A DNA stretch of 38,423 nucleotides from a virus. Taxonomy: Duplodnaviria > Caudoviricetes. The stretch covers positions 1 to 38,423 of the IMG/VR virus record IMGVR_UViG_3300021066_000005. The stretch is one strand, 5' to 3'. Of this stretch, positions 32,366 to 38,423 are shown piece by piece. Numbering within the stretch: position 1 is the first letter of the stretch; each line of letters starts with the position of its first letter. The notes below the pieces were generated by a model, which did no database searches, was not told where the DNA came from, and worked only from the letters and a program-made list of their open reading frames with translations. Both the position numbers and the translations under genes were made by a program.

Positions 32366-33601
32366 TTAGCCCATCCAGCCGTTGGAGGCGGCAGACTCAG
32401 CAATGAATCGTTTGGGTTCCTTGATCTCGCGCTTAACGGTGCGTCTTGCCCCTTCGCAGGCATAGCGCAATGCGTCTATCAGGTGATTGTCCTTGTCTTG
32501 CAGGACAGGCATGACCAAGTTGGTCAGCGGGTCAATCTTGTAGCTGTACAGCGTCAGTTCATCGATGGTGTGCTTGCAGCGCGGATGCACAATGATGTCG
32601 AAGCTCTTGAGGAACTCGATGCCCTCTTCTAGTGACCTCGCGCCCTTCACTGCGGGCATGATCTTGGGGAAGCCGTTCTTGCGCAGGTGGCTAATCGTTT
32701 CTGGTCGTGCAGAGTCGGCTACGATGGGCCACTTCTCGCTCTCAGGCACCGTGAGGAACAGCGCAGGCGTGTCTACGATCTCGCAGCCCACACGGTATGC
32801 TTCATAGGGAATGTAGAGCTTGCGGCCAACGATGTAGCACTGAATCAATACTGTCGGGTCAATGGAGAATCCCCAATCGGCTCCTTGGCGAAGCACCGCA
32901 GTCGGATCAACCTCGAACTCTTCCACCGTCCAGTTATTAAACACACGCGCTTCGCTGTTGCGCTGGTACTCGCCCAGCCACACATGCGCGTACTTGTCGG
33001 GGTCTCGCGCCCGGTCGTATTCCATTTCAGCCCGCAGGACTTCGGGGAACCACGGGTTGTCCGTGAAGTTGACCTCAATCACCACACTATCAGGCGGCGG
33101 GTTCTCGCCACGCAGCAGAACGTCAACCGGGTCTGACTCCAGATTCGGGTTCCAACTGAACCACAGCTCCGAGCCTTCCTTACGGATGGTCGGGCGCAGC
33201 AGGTCAAGGCTGCGCTGACTGAGGGATTGGGCTTCTTCCACCCACGCCCCATCAAAGCCTTCCAGCGACTTGATACTGTCGGCCGTGTGGTTCTGCATCC
33301 CCTGGAAAATGATGATGCCGCCACCGGGGGTTTCGATCTCATATTGCTTGACGCCGAACATTTCGCGGACACCCAGTTTGTCCATCTTGTCCTCTAGTAG
33401 ACGCTTGACTGATTGCTCCAAGGACTTCTGCACTTCCCGGATGCAGGCCCAGCGTGTGCCGGGATACATGATGCAGCGCTCGATAAGCGATTCCGCGAAG
33501 AAGTGTGACTTGCCGCTACCCCGCCCTCCGTGTGCGCCCTTGTAGCGTGCAGGCTCAAGCAGCGGCAGAAAGACGCGAGGCGTCTCTATCGTGAGATTCA
33601 T
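32366..33601 (-). CDS. terL: Terminase large subunit (PBSX/XtmB family)
   Basis: Walker A HGGRGSGKSH, Walker B WVEEAQ, RPTIR, nuclease ADWGF and HLIDALRYA. Confidence 0.95.
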   Translation of the reverse strand: MNLTIETPRVFLPLLEPARYKGAHGGRGSGKSHFFAESLIERCIMYPGTRWACIREVQKSLEQSVKRLLEDKMDKLGVREMFGVKQYEIETPGGGIIIFQGMQNHTADSIKSLEGFDGAWVEEAQSLSQRSLDLLRPTIRKEGSELWFSWNPNLESDPVDVLLRGENPPPDSVVIEVNFTDNPWFPEVLRAEMEYDRARDPDKYAHVWLGEYQRNSEARVFNNWTVEEFEVDPTAVLRQGADWGFSIDPTVLIQCYIVGRKLYIPYEAYRVGCEIVDTPALFLTVPESEKWPIVADSARPETISHLRKNGFPKIMPAVKGARSLEEGIEFLKSFDIIVHPRCKHTIDELTLYSYKIDPLTNLVMPVLQDKDNHLIDALRYACEGARRTVKREIKEPKRFIAESAASNGWMG

Positions 33602-33846
33602 TTGCCTACGATGACGCGCTCGATCTTTTCTACCTGCAGCGGGCCTCCGCCCTCCCCTGTCAACTCAGTTGCGCTTAGGTCAGGCAGCGTTTTGCGCAGG
33701 AGGATTTCGATTGCCTTCATACGCGTTTGGGTCATTTCCTTTTCGTCCGTACCAAGCGCATGATTCTGCAAAACATTAACTAACTGACTGGTTTGGATTT
33801 TTGTGCGAATCTCTTCCTGGTGTCTCGGCTTTAATCGAGCTGCCAT
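33598..33846 (-). CDS. terS: Terminase small subunit
   Basis: Immediately upstream of terL; C-terminal ELTGEGGGPL motif. Confidence 0.7.
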   Translation of the reverse strand: MAARLKPRHQEEIRTKIQTSQLVNVLQNHALGTDEKEMTQTRMKAIEILLRKTLPDLSATELTGEGGGPLQVEKIERVIVGK

Positions 33847-33891
33847 GATGTTTCCCTTCGGAACCCTATGTGAGCATAGGTACTGTGGTGG

Positions 33892-34257
33892 TTAAGCTGG
33901 CTTACACGGCTCCGGCTTCCACGTCATGCGGACAGCCTTGATGGTGCGCTTGCCTTGAATTATTGCCTTGATGACGCGATGCCGACCATCTGCTATCACG
34001 CCGTCCCATGCAATGATGATTGGCTTGGTCAGGTCGGCTTTGTTTACCTTCTTGCAGTGGAAGGCCAAATCGAACATGTCGCAGCCGCTCCATATCTGAT
34101 CTGAGAGATTCAGGCTGGCCAGCGGCGCATCGAATGGTTTTAGGTGCTTTGTGTCGTCAACCAGCTTTGCAACTGAGTAGAGATTTCCGCTTACGTCACT
34201 GTAGTAGTCTTGCAGGGCGTCTATGCGGCGATGCTCTAGCTTTGGTGGCTTGCTCAT
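33892..34257 (-). CDS. ParB/Sulfiredoxin-like N-terminal domain protein
   Basis: PIIIAWDGVIADGRHRVIKA motif; ATG at 34257 with GGAG SD. Confidence 0.7.
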   Translation of the reverse strand: MSKPPKLEHRRIDALQDYYSDVSGNLYSVAKLVDDTKHLKPFDAPLASLNLSDQIWSGCDMFDLAFHCKKVNKADLTKPIIIAWDGVIADGRHRVIKAIIQGKRTIKAVRMTWKPEPCKPA

Positions 34258-34272
34258 CTGGCTCCATAAATG

Positions 34273-34296
34273 AAAAAGCCCCGCATATAGCGAGGC
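34273..34296 (-). terminator. Intrinsic terminator in the late leader
   Basis: GCCTCGC-TATAT-GCGGGGC-TTTTT. Confidence 0.6.
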
Positions 34297-34364
34297 GTTC
34301 AATATGGCCGGTTACGTGATCCGGCAAGGCGGGGATTGGTGGAGATGCGCCTTCGTTATTCTTG

Positions 34365-34625
34365 CTAGTAAATGGCGTTCGTTTCTACGTTCGCGCCTTC
34401 CGGCATTTCTGGATACATAACAGTTTCATCGCCCGGCGCTAAGCCGAGCCTTTCTGATTCAGCGTGCGCTAGCGCATAGGCGATCTGGTAGGCGGCATAT
34501 CCGCTCGGAAATTCTCCGCAAACGCTAGACCCAACGTAACCGCCTCCTTGGTCATCCTCACTTCGGCCTTCGAAGCGTGTAACAACATAACGGGTCACAG
34601 GGCGCACCTTGTACTCAATCTTCAT
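34365..34625 (-). CDS. Hypothetical protein (first late gene)
   Basis: 86 aa with AAAGG SD. Confidence 0.65.
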   Translation of the reverse strand: MKIEYKVRPVTRYVVTRFEGRSEDDQGGGYVGSSVCGEFPSGYAAYQIAYALAHAESERLGLAPGDETVMYPEMPEGANVETNAIY

Positions 34626-34659
34626 GATTTACCTTTCAGCATCCGCAGATGCACAAATG

Positions 34660-34685
34660 AAAAGCCCCGCGCAATGGCAGGGCTA
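34660..34685 (-). terminator. Intrinsic terminator in the late leader
   Basis: AGCCCTGC-CATTGC-GCGGGGCT followed by a T-run. Confidence 0.55.
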
Positions 34686-34773
34686 GGTTAAACGGGATAT
34701 TGGAACTTGCCGCCTCCCGTGGGCTGCTGCGGGCTTAGGTGATCGGGCTAAGCTGGCACATATTCGGAAATGC

Positions 34774-34794
34774 AAAAACCCGCACTAGGCGGGT
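34774..34794 (-). terminator. tR'-like terminator
   Basis: ACCCGC-CTAGT-GCGGG-TTTTT just downstream of the late promoter. Confidence 0.7.
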
Positions 34795-34835
34795 CTCTTT
34801 AGGGTTCTTCTGGGCGCAAAATGCCCCCACCCGTT

Positions 34836-34864
34836 ACTGTATAGAATATTGTTACAGAAATCAA
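34836..34864 (-). promoter_or_regulatory. Late promoter PR'
   Basis: TTGATT (34864-34859), 17 nt, TACAGT (34841-34836), downstream of the Q-like gene. Confidence 0.65.
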
Positions 34865-35160
34865 GTGTTATTTTTTCCAATCTCGGCAGCAGCGCGGACG
34901 ATAGCGCGGCGGGTGGCGGCGTATAAATCCTCATTGTTGCGTGCTGCCTGAATCATCGGCACGTTAAGGTCGGTCATGCAGAAACCGGAACCAGTGAGCT
35001 TCACCGCCAGCCGCAGCGCGTCGCCGTCATCGGTGAGGGGGTTCCATGGGGCGATAAAGTTACCCACTCCAGTGCTCCGCATGATGGTTGTCCCTACGTT
35101 GCAATACACATCCACGCCCGCAGCCTTCGCCGCCATCTCCAACAGCTCTCTATCCGTCAT
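34861..35160 (-). CDS. Hypothetical protein, paralog of 35792..36133
   Basis: Shares ELLE-AAKAAG, WNPLTDDGDALRLAVKL and ATRRAIVRAAAEIGK. Confidence 0.75.
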   Translation of the reverse strand: MTDRELLEMAAKAAGVDVYCNVGTTIMRSTGVGNFIAPWNPLTDDGDALRLAVKLTGSGFCMTDLNVPMIQAARNNEDLYAATRRAIVRAAAEIGKNNT

Positions 35161-35486
35161 ACCATCCCTCTCTTATCTGCCATAGCCATCAATGAAGTGT
35201 AGGCCATTTCCAAATCATATTCCTGTGTAGGATAGCAATGCTTCACCCTGAGCCAGTGGTGGTTGATCGCAATACGTTGCGGCGGTCTCAGGCTGTCTAT
35301 CATCGCGTCTATCTGCTCGGCACAATGAATGTCTACCTCGTCACACATAATCTCGAAGGCATCTGCCGCGCCGCCTCCACCAGAGGCAATCATGAGACTG
35401 CGTTTAGGGTATCCAAGCCGACTGTCTCCCGTCTGCATGTAATCTACCCAATTCTGCATGTGCCATTCCAGACGGTCTCTATTCAT
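35157..35486 (-). CDS. Q-like late antiterminator
   Basis: L-NW N-terminus, IDAMIDSL-P-QR-AI sigma4-like motif, and position upstream of PR'/tR'. Confidence 0.6.
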   Translation of the reverse strand: MNRDRLEWHMQNWVDYMQTGDSRLGYPKRSLMIASGGGGAADAFEIMCDEVDIHCAEQIDAMIDSLRPPQRIAINHHWLRVKHCYPTQEYDLEMAYTSLMAMADKRGMV

Positions 35487-35658
35487 CTTGCCCCCTCAGT
35501 GTGTAATGCCTGCATTTCCTTAGTTCTACCGTCGAATGCTGCGGATGGTTGCAGAACTCGCGACCGAATATCTCTTCCTTCCACTTGCACCCGTGACAAC
35601 TCGCATCTTGCCTGCGCTCCACGACCATCGCCGGATCGCCGTATTCCCAGCGGCGCAC
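35479..35658 (-). CDS. Small Cys-rich protein, 59 aa
   Basis: My translation from GTG: MRRWEYGDPAMVVERRQDASCHGCKWKEEIFGREFCNHPQHSTVELRKCRHY... Confidence 0.55.
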   Translation of the reverse strand: MRRWEYGDPAMVVERRQDASCHGCKWKEEIFGREFCNHPQHSTVELRKCRHYTLRGQDE

Positions 35659-35791
35659 TAACTATCAGCCTCGTAATCGTTTGAATTTACGGCATGCGCC
35701 CAAATAAACATCGCTAAGAATCGGCGATCACGCTCAGCAAGAAAGTGCTGCCAGCGGTACCACTTCAGAACGTGCCCGTTGTACTTGGCGG

Positions 35792-36133
35792 TCATTGCAT
35801 GGCCTTTCCAATCTCGGCAGCAGCGCGGACGATGGCGCGGCGGGTGGCGACGTAGGGGTCGTTGCCAAGTGGCTCTCGAAGAGTTGGTTTCTCATCGTAG
35901 TAGCTCTTGATGTAGACAAAGTTAGAACTGATAAGCGCACCGATCTCCAACTTCACCGCCAGCCGCAGCGCGTCGCCGTCATCGGTGAGGGGGTTCCAAG
36001 CAATTCCTTCAATCATTAGGCCATGCTTGACTTCATCGCCATATGGGCCGTCTGAGTAGTAATCCGAACCCCACTCAGAGAATTCATACCCCGCCGCCTT
36101 CGCCGCCAGCTCCAACAGTTCCTTGTCGTTCAT
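35792..36133 (-). CDS. Hypothetical protein, paralog of 34861..35160
   Basis: WNPLTDDGDALRLAVKL family motif. Confidence 0.75.
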   Translation of the reverse strand: MNDKELLELAAKAAGYEFSEWGSDYYSDGPYGDEVKHGLMIEGIAWNPLTDDGDALRLAVKLEIGALISSNFVYIKSYYDEKPTLREPLGNDPYVATRRAIVRAAAEIGKAMQ

Positions 36134-36459
36134 GCCCTCACCCCGTTAATCGATATAAACCCACGAATCTGATATGTCCGCTCCTGCCGCATCTGGTTGA
36201 CGATAGGCGGCACGTCATCTATTCCGCGCACCACAGCCGTCCATCCCTTCCACTCATGGAAAAACTTGAACTGACCATCCGTGAGCTTGGCTTTGGCATC
36301 TCGCTTGACCTCGATCAGCACGTTGATGCCGCACAGACCGATGACCATGTCAGGGAAGTCGTTACCCATGCGCGAGGTATCGAAGACGCTGCATCCAAGC
36401 TTCTCGAAGGCGTCAGCGATGAGGTTGTGGTTCGCGTCTTTCTTTGCCGCCAGCCTCAC
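36130..36459 (-). CDS. VRR-NUC / PD-(D/E)xK nuclease (resolvase-like)
   Basis: D-NH, FPDMVIG, LIEVK and LT-GQ--F---WKG motifs. Confidence 0.8.
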   Translation of the reverse strand: MRLAAKKDANHNLIADAFEKLGCSVFDTSRMGNDFPDMVIGLCGINVLIEVKRDAKAKLTDGQFKFFHEWKGWTAVVRGIDDVPPIVNQMRQERTYQIRGFISINGVRA

Positions 36460-36911
36460 AGCGCCATCTCCATCATTCCCCAGCTCGTTCCGGGATAAAC
36501 CTTGACCTTGCTGACGCCGAACTCGGGCATGAAATCTTCGTTGTCTACAAATACGCCTCCACGCGGCTCGCCGTGGATGTTGTAGCCCATCATCGTAAGA
36601 ATTGAATCTGGCAGGTCGGGAAGCTTGGATTGTTCTGGTTCACGGTGATAAACAGAGTGCTCAATTTCCTTGGCAGTCATCAGCTTCACTGCGCCCCATT
36701 TGGTAATCTTGCTAACCTTTCCGTCAGTCCTCACCGACCGCATCCTTCCCGCCTTGTAGAGAAGCTCCTGCCGCTTCAATGCGGCCATGTCTGATTTGAT
36801 GATGGTGTAATCAACATCCAGAGCAGCAGCAATGAGCATTGTTGTGAGTGGCGTTTCATAGATCAGGCGCAGCAATTCCGCCCTGCGTTCGCAAGCATCA
36901 ATGTTCCTCAT
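36456..36911 (-). CDS. Hypothetical protein with a winged-HTH-like N-terminus
   Basis: PLTTMLIAAALDVDYTIIKSDMAAL segment. Confidence 0.55.
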   Translation of the reverse strand: MRNIDACERRAELLRLIYETPLTTMLIAAALDVDYTIIKSDMAALKRQELLYKAGRMRSVRTDGKVSKITKWGAVKLMTAKEIEHSVYHREPEQSKLPDLPDSILTMMGYNIHGEPRGGVFVDNEDFMPEFGVSKVKVYPGTSWGMMEMAL

Positions 36912-37011
36912 CTTCTTCCTCCTTTACGGGACATGGTTCGTAGGTTTCGTATTCGGGGCGATCAAGAGCGCAGCCGTCTGGTTGGTTATGAAGGCAGTCG
37001 AAGCAGCTCAT
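36898..37011 (-). CDS. Small Cys-rich acidic protein, 37 aa
   Basis: MSCFDCLHNQPDGCALDRPEYETYEPCPVKEEEDEEH; ATGA coupling. Confidence 0.45.
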   Translation of the reverse strand: MSCFDCLHNQPDGCALDRPEYETYEPCPVKEEEDEEH

Positions 37012-37367
37012 TTTTCCAATTCCAGTTGAGCTTTAATGGCGGCTACTTCTTCCTGATTCTCGTCGCGCCATTGCTGCCAGCTTTCGTCTGTTAGCTTCCA
37101 GTTGATCCACTCAGGGATATCGGGCTTTGCATCAAACGGCGGCTGATTTTCTAAACACCGCTCACATTGATCGCTTGCCATGAACAGATGGTCATAGCAG
37201 AAATACAAGCCGCAGCCATGATCTCCGCCATACGGCTCTCCGCCGCACACATAGCTAAGCCCGCGATTTATCTCGTTGTTGCAGCCTGGGTGATCACATA
37301 CAGCCGGAACACCGTAGCCAATATCGCGCTTCCAACTTGAGTCATATCCAATTGACCAGCCCATCAC
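37008..37367 (-). CDS. Conserved Cys-rich phage protein
   Basis: MGWSIG...RDIGYGVPAVCDHPGC..EINRGLSYVCG...GCGLYFC-DH. Confidence 0.7.
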   Translation of the reverse strand: MMGWSIGYDSSWKRDIGYGVPAVCDHPGCNNEINRGLSYVCGGEPYGGDHGCGLYFCYDHLFMASDQCERCLENQPPFDAKPDIPEWINWKLTDESWQQWRDENQEEVAAIKAQLELEK

Positions 37368-37660
37368 AGCAACCCCTTCTCGACTAGTTTGTTGAGTGTT
37401 TCTATTACGCCCTCGTAGTGCGCTTGCTTCGCTCCCTCGAATGTCATTCCGTGAGGCCTAGGCTTGCGGCCATCGAGCACATCGTGGCAGTCGGCGCAGC
37501 AGTAAGCTCCCCACCGTGTTTTCTTACCGACGCCATGACCGAAACGAATCCCGTTGACGTGGGCAAAGACAACCGTTTCAGGATTGCCGTTACAAACTCC
37601 GGGGATTCTTACGGTGCATTCCTCGCCGCGTGCAGATTCGGTTATCTTGCGTTCGTTCAT
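37364..37660 (-). CDS. DUF1364-family putative nuclease
   Basis: ARGEECTVRIPGVCNGNPETVVFAH...AYCCADCHD motif. Confidence 0.8.
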   Translation of the reverse strand: MNERKITESARGEECTVRIPGVCNGNPETVVFAHVNGIRFGHGVGKKTRWGAYCCADCHDVLDGRKPRPHGMTFEGAKQAHYEGVIETLNKLVEKGLL

Positions 37661-38022
37661 ACCGCCTCCTGCCACACGAACCCGAGCGACACGGCCCAGC
37701 GATCAATCGCGTCCATGTATTCGGTGAATTCGGCGGTAGTGAGCTTGGTAGTGGACTTCAGCTTTTCAACGCGCTCACCGCCTACCTCGGCATATTCACG
37801 CAGGAACTTGTAGCGGCAGACTTCGTGCAGCTCTTCGGACTCGTAGCCGAGATAGCGCCCGAAGTCGGTAAGCAGCGACCAGTAACGGCTATTCTGTTCG
37901 TGGCTCCGCTTCGTTTTCTTCTCGGTGACGTCGCACACCCAATCGGTGTGAGGGTCTAGGCGATGTAGCTTGGCAACCAGGTGGTGGAGGTTGGTCGGTG
38001 TGATGTGGAAGTTGCGGATCAC
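37657..38022 (-). CDS. NinB/Orf-like recombination protein
   Basis: KRSHEQNSRYW...LH...STTKLTTAEFTEYMD motifs. Confidence 0.7.
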   Translation of the reverse strand: MIRNFHITPTNLHHLVAKLHRLDPHTDWVCDVTEKKTKRSHEQNSRYWSLLTDFGRYLGYESEELHEVCRYKFLREYAEVGGERVEKLKSTTKLTTAEFTEYMDAIDRWAVSLGFVWQEAV

Positions 38023-38147
38023 AGCTCATCCCCCATAAACAGCCCAGCGAGAAACAGCGATAGCAGCATCGCCAGGAACAGGACGGCAGCAGTAGCGAGG
38101 AATGGCAGAGCGATGCAGAAGCCTAGGAGTTTGGTGATAGTGGTCAT
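38019..38147 (-). CDS. Small membrane protein, 42 aa
   Basis: MTTITKLLGFCIALPFLATAAVLFLAMLLSLFLAGLFMGDEL; coupled on both sides. Confidence 0.5.
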   Translation of the reverse strand: MTTITKLLGFCIALPFLATAAVLFLAMLLSLFLAGLFMGDEL

Positions 38148-38423
38148 GTGGCCTCCGCGAACATATCAAGCTGACTTTCCTGGTTGGCAGAATGGTCAAA
38201 TTCACAAATTACAATCTCGCAAATTGGCGAAACGCCCTTCCATTCATCTTTGAAAACCGCCGTATCAATCCCGCAGTTGAACTCCATCGAGATGCCCGTT
38301 TGTTCGAGGAATTTCTTGAGTTTGTCTGCAACATCCTCGCGATAGCACTGCTGTCCTGAATACCGGAATGGAGTGGACATTTGCGGCAGAATGAATGCGC
38401 CGAAATGGGCCATGCGGGATGCC
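38144..38423 (-). CDS. DNA methyltransferase, 3' part (joins 1..609 across the circular junction)
   Basis: In-frame continuation GAFILPQMSTPFRYSG...; the stop overlaps the next start. Confidence 0.8.
   Translation of the reverse strand, partial: ASRMAHFGAFILPQMSTPFRYSGQQCYREDVADKLKKFLEQTGISMEFNCGIDTAVFKDEWKGVSPICEIVICEFDHSANQESQLDMFAEAT

Noticed and set aside
34338-34362. tRNA/tmRNA 3'-end remnant (TGGTGGAGATG...)
   Set aside because: The similarity stops after about 11 nt and there is no T-arm (TTCGA) signature.
34861-36133. Diversity-generating retroelement TR/VR pair
   Set aside because: No reverse transcriptase is encoded, both copies are coding paralogs, and they differ by block substitutions rather than adenine-specific changes.
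38297-38423. 127-bp terminal repeat as a biological direct terminal repeat
   Set aside because: The length equals a typical assembler k-mer and it falls mid-gene, far from the terminase region. It is best explained as circular assembly overlap.

Overview
The window is an apparently complete, circularly assembled temperate phage genome of about 38.3 kb; bases 1-127 repeat exactly at 38297-38423. The regulatory layout is lambdoid: cro and cI flank three OR-like operators, two OL-like operators sit at PL, and there are cII-like, O-like (with iterons), nin-type and Q-like genes. The PL operon carries ERF/YqaJ/SSB recombination genes, many small accessory ORFs, xis and a tyrosine integrase. It ends at an attP that regenerates the 3' half of a tRNA-Arg(CCT). 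The virion module is P22-like and short-tailed (TerS/TerL, portal, scaffold, coat, gp4/gp10, three ejection proteins, tail fibre), followed by holin, GH24 endolysin and two separate spanins. Gene content suggests a proteobacterial, probably betaproteobacterial, host (inference). The most notable items are: (i) a ~370-nt non-coding PL leader with nested long-range stems and a perfect 28-bp palindrome, in a phage with strong early terminators but no recognisable N; (ii) a Cro with an extra DRRxxxDRRxxRR tail resembling c-di-GMP-binding or RNA-binding Arg motifs; (iii) a lipoprotein and an apparently autoregulated P63C gene at the rexAB position; (iv) candidate counter-defence enzymes (NADAR, stand-alone RNA ligase, HTH-metallophosphoesterase in the lysis cassette, acidic mimic, Rmf-like protein); (v) a 27-aa antisense membrane peptide next to the ejection gene; (vi) short repeats that look like gene-cassette exchange boundaries. 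All functional calls come from motif recognition and gene order, not database searches.
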